Origin: an uncultured Planctomycetaceae bacterium
Lineage (GTDB): Bacteria > Planctomycetota > Planctomycetia > Pirellulales > PALSA-1355
Assembly (NCBI GenBank): GCA_963779015.1
Contig: CAVZWY010000029.1
Span: 35,153-99,152, forward strand
DNA: 64,000 bases
Direction of reading: 5' to 3'
Below are positions 30,983 through 41,190 of the stretch, in pieces (the first letter of the stretch is position 1; every line of letters begins with the position of its first letter). A program made the translations under genes and the position numbers. The notes beneath the pieces were generated by a model, which worked only from the letters and a program-made list of their open reading frames with translations, did not search any database and was not told the origin of the DNA.

Positions 30983-32215
30983 ATGAAAGACACCTCACGT
31001 GGGATCGTTGTCTTGTTGGTCATGGTCGCCGGCATGGCGATTGGTAGCCGCGCTCTGGGTCAGCGAGCCGGTGGCGAGGCCAAAGCGGAAATGATCACCA
31101 AGATCTATCCGGTCGTGGATCTCGTTTTGCCTGCTCCGAACTACCCGTACGAAGGAACGTATCTGCCGGGAGTTGAAGACGCGCGCGTTACGTCTCCCAG
31201 CGGCGGACGGAGCGCAACGGGTGGCATGGGTGGGGGCATGGGTGGGGGCATGGGTGGGGGAATGGGTGGGGGAATGGGTGGGGGAATGGGTGGGGGAATG
31301 GGTGGGGGAATGTTCAACGTCGATGATCAACTGGCCCAACGGTCCGCGCCGGCAGCGGCTGGGGGCGGCATCGCGGGAGGCGGCCGAGTCCCAGCCGCTT
31401 CCGCCGGTCCCCGTTGGCAGCCGGTTGCCATGCGGATCGACATGGGTCGTTTGATCGACACGATCACAACCACCGTCGAACCCGACACCTGGGACGAAAT
31501 CGGCGGCCCGGGATCGATTGCTGAGATCGGCGCGGCACTTGCGATTCGTCAGACAGCCGCCGTCCATTCCAAGGTCCAGGAGTTTCTCGACGCGCTACGT
31601 CGTGACAGCGGAACGCTCCGTACCGTGACGATCGACGCGCGTTGGCTTGCGCTCAATCGCGCACAAGTGACACAACTGGCCGCTGGTGCCGGCCAAGACA
31701 CACAAGTCGCCGGTATCCAGTCCGTCGACCGCAAGGCACTGGCCGCGCTGCCTGCCGAGGTCGTGCGCTATGCCGGCCAAATCACGTGCTTCAATCGTCA
31801 AACGGTCCACATCGTCTCGGGTCAAGTTGAAACGGTCATCGCCGGCGGCATCCCGGTCATCGGCAGCGAAGTGGGCTACCAACCGGTGCTACTCAAGCCT
31901 CATGTCGGCGTCCTGCTGCAAGTGACGCCATCCCTGTTGCCGGGAAAGAATGCGGTTCTGTTGGATCTGCAAAGTGCCGTCACGCGGTGGGACGAGCCGG
32001 GACCGCCCGTTGTACTGAACTCCGAGAGTACCACACGGCCCGTCACGCAGATCGACCGCGTAAAAATGGCCGCGCAGGAATTCGCCACCAGCCTGCGGAT
32101 TCCTCTCGATGAGCCGGTCGTGGTGGGAGGCATGACGTTCCCTGACAATCAAGCCGGCACGGAGCGAAGCGAGCTCTACCTCGTGATCGAAGTCCGCTCG
32201 ATACAAGAACCGTGA
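30983..32215 (+). CDS. Secreted secretin-like protein with (MGGG)7 linker
   Basis: Signal peptide; TKIYPVVDL / LIDTITTTVEPDTW...GGPGSI / QT..VH..V..FLDALR N-domain; C-terminal VGVLLQVTP...TSLRIP...VVVGG secretin-like strands. Confidence 0.6.
   Translation: MKDTSRGIVVLLVMVAGMAIGSRALGQRAGGEAKAEMITKIYPVVDLVLPAPNYPYEGTYLPGVEDARVTSPSGGRSATGGMGGGMGGGMGGGMGGGMGGGMGGGMGGGMFNVDDQLAQRSAPAAAGGGIAGGGRVPAASAGPRWQPVAMRIDMGRLIDTITTTVEPDTWDEIGGPGSIAEIGAALAIRQTAAVHSKVQEFLDALRRDSGTLRTVTIDARWLALNRAQVTQLAAGAGQDTQVAGIQSVDRKALAALPAEVVRYAGQITCFNRQTVHIVSGQVETVIAGGIPVIGSEVGYQPVLLKPHVGVLLQVTPSLLPGKNAVLLDLQSAVTRWDEPGPPVVLNSESTTRPVTQIDRVKMAAQEFATSLRIPLDEPVVVGGMTFPDNQAGTERSELYLVIEVRSIQEP
31226..31312 (+). repeat. Coding tandem repeat (ATGGGTGGGGG[C/A]) x7
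   Basis: 12-bp unit encoding MGGG, read directly. Confidence 0.95.
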
Positions 32216-32292
32216 GCAGCGGCAATGTAGGCGATCCGAATTGCAATCGCTTCATGCCGGACATCGTCGTCGAGGCCGCCACGTGCCCGAGC

Positions 32293-33858
32293 CTATTCTC
32301 GACGATAGATAAACCAGTGCAAACCCGACAGCGGAGCGGTGGGATACGTAGCAACAAGCCGGTAGGGATGTTCGGCATCGCCAAACATTACTTGCGAATA
32401 GGGCACCGGGGGCTCGTAGGACTCCTTGTGACAGATAAACCATTGAGGGCCATCCGCCGTCCAAGGCCCTTGGCGAGAAAAGTGGATCGTCTTGCCAGGG
32501 ATGGCCGTGCGGGCGATGTAGTCCGCGGGATACACAATGCGAAAGCTGTTGTCCGCGGAAACGTCGATCACCGGTCCTTCGGTCCGCGCCGCCATGTACC
32601 GCAACGCGCCGCTGGTGTCGCCTCGCCCATGTCGCAGCAGCGTTGCCAAGTGCATGCTGTTGATAGCGCAAAACGCAAGCAAGATCGTGGCCACGGCGGC
32701 GCGTTGCCAGCGCGGCTTTCTGTTCCAGAGCGCGCCCAGCCAGAAGCTCATCAAGAGGAGCAGGAACTCCATGCTGAGAATGAAGTATCGAACGTACAGC
32801 ACGCTGGATCTGGCCATCAATGCCAAACCCACGGGAAACACGATAACGCCGACGAAGAAGACCGCCTGTTCGGGCGATTTGCGATACAGGAGTTGCAGGC
32901 CCGCGTAGCCTAGCGCCGCGGCGGCTAGCGCCCCTATGGCCAATGGTATCCCGGTCAAAGGGGTTCCCAGCGCCCACGCCAAGGCGAACGCATAGTTTTG
33001 AAACAGCGACTTGCTGATGGCGCCCCCGCCGATCGCGAGTTGCCGAAGGTCGACGAGATAGAGCAGCACCAGCACCAGCATCGGCACGCCTTGCATCGCG
33101 ACGAGCGACAGCGCCACGAGTATCGACGGCGTCGGTCGCTCTTCGGTGGATTGCTGGCGGTCGAGTTTCGAAGCGTTAGTGTTCGACGATGCTTCGGCGT
33201 GCTCTGGTGGCGCCAATCTCCCGCGGACGAAACGATCCAACCTCGGGTGTATGAGCCAATAGAACGACGCAACGATCCCCGCGGCCAGAAACGCAATGAA
33301 GATGGGCTGCGAAAGGAGCCCCAAGACGACACTGATGACATAGAGCAGTGCCGATGTCCAAGCGGGGCGCACGAAAAATCGCTCCAGGCTGTGATAACCC
33401 AGCAACGCGAAGAAACAGACCGTCGCGTACCCGCGCGCCTCGGACGAATAGAGGACCATCACGTAAGACACGGCGAACACCAGCATCGCCAACAAACCGG
33501 TCGCCGCATCGCGGCGTGCGCCGATCAAGCCCGCCACGACCACGGTGCCCATTCCCGCCAGGATCGCGGCCGCGCGGTATTCGAACCAATTGCCATCGGG
33601 CCCAACCGTCCAGTACCAAAGCGTATTGAGATAGTGATTGTTGTCATGATGCAGTCCGGTGAGTATTTCGATCGGCGATTGAAGCTGGCTGGCGAGATCG
33701 AGCGTCCAAATTTCGTCCAGCCATGGATCGTTGTGCGCACCGGCAATCCGCAAAGCGCCAGCGGCGATCAGAATGGCCGTGCCGATCGCCCAGTAGCGCC
33801 ACGTCGGGCGAACGCGCTGAGCAACTGCGGGCGACTCCTGAATCGCTGAAATGGCCAT
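32293..33858 (-). CDS. GT-C fold glycosyltransferase (ArnT/PMT, family 39-like)
   Basis: WLDEIWT after TM1, YSSEARGY, ~11 TM segments. Confidence 0.75.
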   Translation of the reverse strand: MAISAIQESPAVAQRVRPTWRYWAIGTAILIAAGALRIAGAHNDPWLDEIWTLDLASQLQSPIEILTGLHHDNNHYLNTLWYWTVGPDGNWFEYRAAAILAGMGTVVVAGLIGARRDAATGLLAMLVFAVSYVMVLYSSEARGYATVCFFALLGYHSLERFFVRPAWTSALLYVISVVLGLLSQPIFIAFLAAGIVASFYWLIHPRLDRFVRGRLAPPEHAEASSNTNASKLDRQQSTEERPTPSILVALSLVAMQGVPMLVLVLLYLVDLRQLAIGGGAISKSLFQNYAFALAWALGTPLTGIPLAIGALAAAALGYAGLQLLYRKSPEQAVFFVGVIVFPVGLALMARSSVLYVRYFILSMEFLLLLMSFWLGALWNRKPRWQRAAVATILLAFCAINSMHLATLLRHGRGDTSGALRYMAARTEGPVIDVSADNSFRIVYPADYIARTAIPGKTIHFSRQGPWTADGPQWFICHKESYEPPVPYSQVMFGDAEHPYRLVATYPTAPLSGLHWFIYRRE

Positions 33859-33982
33859 GAGACCTCGAAGAGATGTTGGAGCAACCGCCGAACGCGCGCG
33901 CGACCGACAGCAATGATTATCGCTCTGTTGCAACGGAGCTTCAAGCAAACTCCGCCACCGCGAGATGGCTGGAAAGCAATGC

Positions 33983-35320
33983 CTATGCGTTTCCCTGTGC
34001 GTCGTCGTCCGCTGCCGTGGGTGATGCCGCGACGTCGTCAGCGCTATCCGATTTGTCGCCCGCCTCGGGCTGTCCGATTCGCCATTGCCGTTCCAGAATC
34101 AACCGCGCGCCGCGGTGAAAGGTCATGTAGAACCAGGCCCATTGCAGCACGACCAGCAGCCGGTTGCGGAATCCGGTCAAGTAATAGATGTGTACGACCA
34201 GCCACAACACCCAGGCGAAGAAGCCCCCCATCTTCAGCCGGCCGACTTCGGCCACGGCACGGCTTCGCCCAATGGTGGCCATTTGTCCCTTGTCGACGAA
34301 GTGGAACGGTGGGCGTGATTTGCCCGCCATGTCGTCGCGAACGATCCGCGCCAGATAGCGCCCCTGCTGCATGGCCACCGGCGCCGTGCCGGGCAACGGC
34401 TCGCCCGTTTGATGCAGAAAGCAAGCCTGGTCGCCGGCCACGAAGACGTGGCGGTGGCCCGGCACGCTCAGATCCGCTTCAACGAGGACGCGTCCCTTTT
34501 TGTCGACCGGCATGCCCGACGCTTGCCCCAGCGAAGTGGCTTGCACGCCGGCGGCCCACAACACGGTGGCAGCGGCAACCCGTTTGTCGCCGGCGTTGAA
34601 TCCATCGGCATCGATCCGCGTCACGGCGCTGTTGACCCACACTTCCACGCCCAATCGTTTGAGGTCTTGCACGGCGCGCTGCGACAACTCGGGGCTGAAC
34701 GAAGGGAGAATGGTGGGGCCGGCCTCGACCAGGATGACGCGCGACTGCGTCACATCGACGTTGCGGAAGTCCTTCGCCAGCGTGAAGCGGCTCATTTCCG
34801 CGATGGCGCCGGCCAGCTCGACCCCAGTGGGCCCGCCCCCCACGATCGCAAAGGTCAAAAAACGCGAGCGCTGTTGTGGCGAATCGGTGCGCTCCGCTTC
34901 TTCATAGGCGTACAGCACTCGGCGGCGAATCTCCGTGGCCTGCTCCAAGGTCTTAAGGCCCGGCGCATACGGCTCCCACTCGTCGTGGCCGAAATAGCTG
35001 TCTCGCGAACCGCAAGCCACGATCAGGTAGTCGTAGGGCAACTCGGCAAAATCCGCAATGGCCACGTTGCGATCCAAGTCGAGCGACTTGACCACGCCCT
35101 GCAGCACGCGAATGTTGCGGTCGTGGCGCAGCACGCCGCGGATTGGCGCCGCGATGTCGGCCGGGCTCAAGCCGGCCATCGCCACCTGGTAGAGCAGCGG
35201 TTGAAACAGATGGTGGTTCGTGCGGTCCACCAGCGTGACCTGCACGTCGCGAGCTCCACCCAGTCCCTTGGCTGCGTTGAGCCCTGCGAAGCCACCACCG
35301 ATGATCAATACGTGAGGCAT
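33983..35320 (-). CDS. ndh: Type II NADH dehydrogenase family NAD(P)/FAD oxidoreductase
   Basis: GGGFAG, HLFQPLLYQVA, GGGPTGVELAG, WAAGV, A.QQG, DKGQMATIGR. Confidence 0.92.
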   Translation of the reverse strand: MPHVLIIGGGFAGLNAAKGLGGARDVQVTLVDRTNHHLFQPLLYQVAMAGLSPADIAAPIRGVLRHDRNIRVLQGVVKSLDLDRNVAIADFAELPYDYLIVACGSRDSYFGHDEWEPYAPGLKTLEQATEIRRRVLYAYEEAERTDSPQQRSRFLTFAIVGGGPTGVELAGAIAEMSRFTLAKDFRNVDVTQSRVILVEAGPTILPSFSPELSQRAVQDLKRLGVEVWVNSAVTRIDADGFNAGDKRVAAATVLWAAGVQATSLGQASGMPVDKKGRVLVEADLSVPGHRHVFVAGDQACFLHQTGEPLPGTAPVAMQQGRYLARIVRDDMAGKSRPPFHFVDKGQMATIGRSRAVAEVGRLKMGGFFAWVLWLVVHIYYLTGFRNRLLVVLQWAWFYMTFHRGARLILERQWRIGQPEAGDKSDSADDVAASPTAADDDAQGNA

Positions 35321-35379
35321 GGTTGTCGCCGGTTGCTTTCTGTTTGCTTGATTTTCGTGCGCCATTCGCCGAGTTGCTG

Positions 35380-36132
35380 CTATGCGGTTTGACGCACCTC
35401 GGGCGCGTCCGATTCGACTTGCCCCTGGCACTGCAGCAAGAGAGCGACCGTCCAACACAACAGGGCCCAGCTCGCTCCCAACGCCCAGCCGGCAAAAACG
35501 TCGGTGGGCCAGTGAACGCCCAAATAGACACGACTCACCCCCACGGCCAGCGACAGGAAAATCGCCAGGCTCAGGAAGTAGATCTTTAGCACCCGCCGCG
35601 CGCTCACGCGGGCCAACAGCGCCCCGAGCGTCAGATACGTGGCCGTGGCCATCGTCGAGTGTCCGCTGGGAAAGCTCGATGTGTAGACGTACGAACCGTG
35701 CGGCACCAGCTCAGGCCGCGGCCGTTCGTAGGCCCGCTTCAACAGCGACGACATCAGCAGGCCACCGACCACGGCCACCAGCACGAACACCGCCGCGTGC
35801 CGCTTGCCGTACAGCGCCAAAAATCCGGCGGTTGCCGCCGAGACAAACAGCAGCACGCCGACCCCGCCCAGCGCCGTCACATCGCGCCCCAATTCTTCCA
35901 CCCAGCGGGGCCCCAGCGGATCGCCGGGATCGTCGGGACTGCGCAGCGACAGCAGGATGGCACGATCGAGCGCGGCCGTCTCTCCCTCGGTCACTTCATC
36001 GGCCAACTCGACAAAGGACCACAGGCCGGCGCCTACCAACAGCAACAACACCAGCGGGAACAGCTCGATCTTGCCCACCCAGGCGAACATCGCGGACCAT
36101 CGAGTGCGTCTCACGTTGTCAGAGCGTGACAT
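35380..36132 (-). CDS. PAP2-family membrane phosphatase
   Basis: K..YERPRP, SFPSGH, SRVYLGVHWPTDV. Confidence 0.92.
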   Translation of the reverse strand: MSRSDNVRRTRWSAMFAWVGKIELFPLVLLLLVGAGLWSFVELADEVTEGETAALDRAILLSLRSPDDPGDPLGPRWVEELGRDVTALGGVGVLLFVSAATAGFLALYGKRHAAVFVLVAVVGGLLMSSLLKRAYERPRPELVPHGSYVYTSSFPSGHSTMATATYLTLGALLARVSARRVLKIYFLSLAIFLSLAVGVSRVYLGVHWPTDVFAGWALGASWALLCWTVALLLQCQGQVESDAPEVRQTA

Positions 36133-36418
36133 CAAACCGGTTCCCTGACGTATTGGTCGGCTGCTCACCAGCATCCTACTGATTATCGGCAGCACGGCAA
36201 ACCGGCGTCGCAACGTGGAGCCGCCGAAACCTCGCAAGAAGCGTGGCGCTACGTCCCGGCTGGATAACCAAACGACTTGTTGTCTTTAGGGCCGCCGGCC
36301 CGAGAGCCGTCCTACTCCTCACCGTGCCCGCCTCCAAATGTTTCCGATCTTCGCGTTTCGGCGGCTACAATACGTTCACCCAAACCTCCCACCAGGGCAA
36401 ACCACCAGCAGGCTCGCC

Positions 36419-38275
36419 ATGCACGCTCGCCGAATGATTCTCACGCTGCTCGTCACGCTTTGCTTCTCATCAGTCGCCCACAGGCTGCACGTCTCGGCGG
36501 CCGAGTGCCGGCTCAACAACCTGGTTTCCGAACTGCTTGCGGCCGATGATCTCACGGGCTCCGGCCACACACTTGAATTCTCGCGTCCGACCTCCGGCTG
36601 GGTTTTTCTATCGGCCACGTGTCGGGGCCAGGGCGAAATCCGCATCACGCTCGACCAAGACCAGCTTGACCTCGCTCTCCATTCAAGTCGCGGCGCCGAA
36701 CAGCAGCCGCGCGAAGCCATGCGGCTCGTTTCCGCCGGCGAACATACGCTCACGGTCGAATGCGGCGTCGCGGCGCGGGTCGATCATCTCGTTGTCCGAT
36801 CGATTCCCGAACTGATGCACTGCGGCCTCGGATTTGATCCGGCCATCAAGGGCTACGGCCACTACGACCTGGCGTTTCTCCAGCGAGACATTCTGCCCAA
36901 CGTCACCACGCTGGTCGCGCCCCACAACATCGACCTGCCAGCAGACGTTGTCGAAGACTGGCACCGCAGTGGCAAGAAGTTCGTCGCCGAAGTCGGCATC
37001 AACGGCCAGGCCGCGACCGCCGTGGAACATTGCGACTATTGGACCAACTTTCTCGACGCCGCCCCGTTTCTCGACGGCATTCTGATCAACGAGTTCATCG
37101 TCAACGCGCCGTCCGAGCGTTCCGTCGAGTCGCTCAGTCCCGAACGCCGGCAGCGCTTGCGGGACGAGCAAGCCCGCTATCGCGCCTACGAGGCCGCCAT
37201 CCGACGGTTCCACACGCTCGAACGCTATCGTGACAAAATGCTGTATGCCTATGTGGGCGGCAGCGGCCGCACGCTCAATCAGGAAGTGATCGGCCCCACG
37301 TTCGTCCGCGCGCTGATCGACTGCGGCAACCGCATCGCGCTGGAGCGTTATCTTTTCGAGCGCTCCAGCGAGACGGCGTCACGCGAGGCGCTCGACGAGT
37401 TCGTCCGCGGAATCGCGGACTGGGAAACCAAACAACCCAGCGCCAAGGCACAGATGATCATCGCCTTCGGGTTGTTCTCGATGCCTCCGGGCGGCATCAA
37501 CAAGCTGCCCGGCGTCGACTATCACGTGTGGATGGACCAGCAGATGCACGTCGTGGCCAACGATCCCGCACTGGCGGGGATCGCCGGCCTGGAATGGTGG
37601 ACCTCGCTGCAGGCCGACGAGGAAACCGTGCGGTTCGTCGGCAAACTGTACCGCCACTATGCCATCGAGGGCCACACCGAGCTGTTCACGCGCGATCCGC
37701 TGTTCCTGGCCCACCTGGCCAACGCCGATTTTGCCGAGCGGAGCAGCGGCTGGACGTTGCACCCCGCCACGCCCGGCTCGATCCAACCGAAGAGCTTTCC
37801 GCGTTACGGCCGCATCGAAGGCCGCTACATGGGCCTAGGGCGTCCGCCCGATCCCGAGCACATCGGCGATACATTTCTGTGGATGAAACGCAGCGCACAA
37901 GGGCCGAACTCTTTTTTCCAAACGATCAGCGGTCTCACCCCCGGGCGCTTGTATTCGCTGAAGATGTTCACCTGCGACTATCAAGACCTGGTCAACCCTC
38001 GGAAAAAAAACCAAGCCGAATCCAACAAGTTCATGGGCGCCATTGCGATCGACAACGTCGAAATCGATTCGGAAAAATCCTTCAGCGAGATGTACGCCTC
38101 GAGCCCGGAGCCCAAGATCCCCGTCTGGATTACATACCACTGGAAGGTGTTCCGGGCCGCAGGGACAAGCGCCCAGCTCACGGTCAGCGATTGGACCGAC
38201 GACGAGAACCCCGGCGGTCCGTTCGGGCAGGAGCAGACGTTCAATTTCCTGGAGTTGGAGCCGTATTGGGAGTGA
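36419..38275 (+). CDS. Secreted hypothetical protein (possible carbohydrate-active architecture)
   Basis: 619-codon ORF with signal peptide and typical codon bias; LDGILINEF core and C-terminal NADF...GW CBM-like segment. Confidence 0.7.
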   Translation: MHARRMILTLLVTLCFSSVAHRLHVSAAECRLNNLVSELLAADDLTGSGHTLEFSRPTSGWVFLSATCRGQGEIRITLDQDQLDLALHSSRGAEQQPREAMRLVSAGEHTLTVECGVAARVDHLVVRSIPELMHCGLGFDPAIKGYGHYDLAFLQRDILPNVTTLVAPHNIDLPADVVEDWHRSGKKFVAEVGINGQAATAVEHCDYWTNFLDAAPFLDGILINEFIVNAPSERSVESLSPERRQRLRDEQARYRAYEAAIRRFHTLERYRDKMLYAYVGGSGRTLNQEVIGPTFVRALIDCGNRIALERYLFERSSETASREALDEFVRGIADWETKQPSAKAQMIIAFGLFSMPPGGINKLPGVDYHVWMDQQMHVVANDPALAGIAGLEWWTSLQADEETVRFVGKLYRHYAIEGHTELFTRDPLFLAHLANADFAERSSGWTLHPATPGSIQPKSFPRYGRIEGRYMGLGRPPDPEHIGDTFLWMKRSAQGPNSFFQTISGLTPGRLYSLKMFTCDYQDLVNPRKKNQAESNKFMGAIAIDNVEIDSEKSFSEMYASSPEPKIPVWITYHWKVFRAAGTSAQLTVSDWTDDENPGGPFGQEQTFNFLELEPYWE

Positions 38276-38429
38276 AAATAGGGAGGTAGTGAAATTGTCC
38301 GACGGCTCCCAATCAATAACCTATATTCTCACTGACCATCGTTCGCGCAATGCGCAAGAAGAATCACAACTTATGACCGCCGTTTGGATGGCGAATCTCC
38401 GTCATAACCCCATTACTAGGAGGCCTCGG

Positions 38430-39008
38430 ATGAAACTTGCAACTGCTGGTATTTTCTTGCTGACCCAGGTCGCGACGACAGGCGTTGCACTTGCCGCCGA
38501 CACGACAGCTTCGAGCGTGCGCGGCGATCAGTATTATCTGGCCACCGCCAAGACTCACAACATGCACGCCAATGATCATGCTCGGCTGCTGGGCAAGTAC
38601 GCCGCGGCCTCGGATGAGCCGGTGCCTGGCTCGGTGATCAAGGAACACGTGGCCGCCATTCGTGCCAATACCGAATTGGCCAAAGAGTCCTACGACCGGT
38701 TGAGCGCCGCGGCCAAGAAAAATCCGGTCGTCAGCAAGCAGCTTGCCGAGATCAACTCGCGGCTGAGCAAGGTAGACGACTTGGTCGATCAGCTCGAGGC
38801 GCAGTCGAAGCACGAATCGACTGAATCGAAGGATGTGATCGCCATGACCAACGCCCTCTCAAAGGAAATGAAAGCGACCCATTTGGCCAGCAAGGGCATC
38901 GACCAGGCGCTCATCCAGGCCGACGAGAGCAGCGAGCAGGCCGCTCAGTTCGACAACACGCAATCGCCCGACTACTTCTTCACGGGTGAAGGGCACTTCC
39001 TCGACTGA
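38430..39008 (+). CDS. Secreted helical hypothetical protein
   Basis: RBS aggagg, signal peptide MKLATAG...ALA, His-containing helices. Confidence 0.7.
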   Translation: MKLATAGIFLLTQVATTGVALAADTTASSVRGDQYYLATAKTHNMHANDHARLLGKYAAASDEPVPGSVIKEHVAAIRANTELAKESYDRLSAAAKKNPVVSKQLAEINSRLSKVDDLVDQLEAQSKHESTESKDVIAMTNALSKEMKATHLASKGIDQALIQADESSEQAAQFDNTQSPDYFFTGEGHFLD

Positions 39009-39107
39009 GAGTCGCCACGCGGACCCGACCGGCGATAAAACAACGACGCGTCGCGGACCGACGTTGCCATCGGCCCGCGACGCGCCAACCATCCATTTCG
39101 CCCGATC

Positions 39108-39677
39108 TCAATCGGGGTTACGATCGACGTCGACGTTCACGCCCTTGCGATCGACGTCAACGCCGATATCACGGTCCGACGTACGCTGCTGCTCGGTGCG
39201 ATAGCGACGGTGCAAGTCCCCGGTAAATTCGCGGTCGGCGAAGTTCGGCCAGTGGTCCTGATCAAACCCTTGGGCCCCTTCGAGTTGTTGCTGCGTGACG
39301 TTGAGCACGAGCACGTAGTCATCTCGGTCGTCAGGATTTTGGCGACAGTGGAAGGCCGCCCACGGCACGGCAAACATTTTGTCGCCGACACCCAGGAAGC
39401 CGCCATAGGTAACGGCCGCGTAGCGAATCTTGCCGCTATTGGCATCGAGCACGAAATCGTTGATCTCGCCCAGACTCTTGCCCTGCTCGTCTTGAATGTT
39501 CATGCCAATGAGCTGGCTCGCGCGGACTGTTCCGCCGGTCGTTTTGGAATCGACCTTGGCGGCATTCACGCGGTCACTATCGGCGCTCGCGCTGTCCTTC
39601 GTGGGATCCTTCGCGAAACCCGGCGCGGCGGCCAGCAACAGAGCGCACGTTACGACGGTCAATGAATGAAGCCTCAT
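39108..39677 (-). CDS. Secreted PRC-barrel domain protein
   Basis: RASQLIGMNI..G..LG.I.D.V.D...G.IRYA.V..GGFLGVG.K.FAVPW. Confidence 0.88.
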   Translation of the reverse strand: MRLHSLTVVTCALLLAAAPGFAKDPTKDSASADSDRVNAAKVDSKTTGGTVRASQLIGMNIQDEQGKSLGEINDFVLDANSGKIRYAAVTYGGFLGVGDKMFAVPWAAFHCRQNPDDRDDYVLVLNVTQQQLEGAQGFDQDHWPNFADREFTGDLHRRYRTEQQRTSDRDIGVDVDRKGVNVDVDRNPD

Positions 39678-39770
39678 GGCAGTTGCTCCAATAATTTGCT
39701 GACAGGTGAAAACAACGGCTGCATCGCGACCCGCGAACAATCGCGGGCCGCTTTCCCTCCTACGAACGGC

Positions 39771-39974
39771 TCAACTCTTGCAGGAGCCTTCAAACTCGGC
39801 AACCTGCTTCTCCGCCTCCTCTTTGGCGATGCCATAGCGCTGCTGCACTTTGCCGACCAGCTCATCGCGCTTGCCCTCGACTTTGTCGAGATCGTCGTCG
39901 GTGAGATCGCCCCACTTCTGCTTTGCCTGGCCTTTGACTTCCTTCCATTTGCCTTGAATCTGATCCCAATTCAT
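39771..39974 (-). CDS. csbD: CsbD-family stress protein
   Basis: MNWDQIQGKWKEVKGQAKQKWGDLTDDDL...RYG; RBS aggag. Confidence 0.93.
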   Translation of the reverse strand: MNWDQIQGKWKEVKGQAKQKWGDLTDDDLDKVEGKRDELVGKVQQRYGIAKEEAEKQVAEFEGSCKS

Positions 39975-40096
39975 CGCGTGCTCCTGTAATACAAGAAAAG
40001 ACTTGATGTTCCGAACGTCACGTCAAGAGATGGGGGAACCGCTCATTCGCTCCGCCTAGACTCGCCTGTCTACGCGCGGAAACACGATCGAACGTA

Positions 40097-40270
40097 CGAA
40101 AAAGGGACGGAAGTTGCCGCGCTTTGCCGCGTCACCGATCCGAGCCACGATGGTCGAACGTCCCCTCCGGCCGTGGAAGATGCGAAAACACGACTTTCAC
40201 AGGGTTACGGCGTCATGCGACAACCTGACGCACCTCATCTTCGTGCGGCAACATCCGTTCCACTCTTTCG
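40097..40270 (-). ncRNA. Candidate structured leader RNA or sRNA upstream of csbD
   Basis: Outer stem 40104-40120 / 40245-40261 (15/17 complementary) enclosing gaagatg/catcttc and gcgtca/tgacgc stems. Confidence 0.45.
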
Positions 40271-40318
40271 TTGAATGAACGACTCGCTCGCTCACCATTT
40301 CTCTTGCTAATTCCTACT

Positions 40319-40335
40319 TGCACGTTGCGTGCCAA
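40319..40335 (-). promoter_or_regulatory. Sigma54-type -24/-12 promoter for csbD-PRC
   Basis: Minus strand TTGGCACG-CAAC-GTGCA matches TGGCACG-N4-TTGCW. Confidence 0.6.
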
Positions 40336-40392
40336 ATCGCGAGAGCCCGCGGAACGACGCGATCGTCGACGTGCAAGCGGTAGCTCACATGG

Positions 40393-41079
40393 CTACAGCG
40401 CCCGGACGAGATTGGGCTGAGGACAGAAGTGGCAGGAGAAGGACCGCGGTGGCGTCGAACGCAGCAAGCAAGCACCGCGGCGAAGACGGTCGGCGCGCGA
40501 TCGCCACGATTGGGAATTGGCCAACAGCAGAACCTGCTGAATTATGATAGCGTTCGGATCGGTGTCGAATCCGCCGCCCGGCTTCCGTGCATAGACAGTG
40601 ACGGCCGTCCCGTCCGGGAGCGTCGCCGACTGCGATCCATCGGCATTGGTCCTCACGGGCAGGTTCCCCACCAGCGAGTTGAAATTGCTGTCCGCCTGAA
40701 CGACACCGCCGGCTTTGACGTATCGGCCGACTGCATCGGGCACCGGCGTTGCCGCGTATAGCACCTCGTCAATCGTCCCTGGCGACTTTCGAACTTGCTC
40801 CACCGGCGCCATGGCCGCCAAGTTGCCCTGTAGATCGTCGTCTGGGATCATTTTCACCGTCACCGACTCGTCGATTCCGATGATGAAGTAAATGTTCACG
40901 TCGCGCGGACGCTCGGGGACGATGCCCGCCAGCTTCACCTTCAGCGAATGCTCTGGCGGATAGCGATGGACGCCGGTGTCCCTGCTCCACGTGACGATGG
41001 CCTCTTCAGGAACGGGCATTGTCACGGGGCCGTCGCTGGCGTAGTTGCCCTTGGTCAAAATTCCCTTCTCCGCAGCCAT
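40393..41079 (-). CDS. Hypothetical protein (orphan; C-terminus may be frameshifted)
   Basis: 228-aa ORF with plausible globular composition over the first ~185 aa; no motif recognised. Confidence 0.45.
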   Translation of the reverse strand: MAAEKGILTKGNYASDGPVTMPVPEEAIVTWSRDTGVHRYPPEHSLKVKLAGIVPERPRDVNIYFIIGIDESVTVKMIPDDDLQGNLAAMAPVEQVRKSPGTIDEVLYAATPVPDAVGRYVKAGGVVQADSNFNSLVGNLPVRTNADGSQSATLPDGTAVTVYARKPGGGFDTDPNAIIIQQVLLLANSQSWRSRADRLRRGACLLRSTPPRSFSCHFCPQPNLVRAL

Positions 41080-41190
41080 GCGGTCGCCGTATCGCCATTG
41101 AGATGTTCATGTTCATCCATCGTACTAAAGGGCGGAGTTCTCTCACATTCAAGAGCCCCGATGTCTTCCCGCAGATGATTGCAATTGCCG

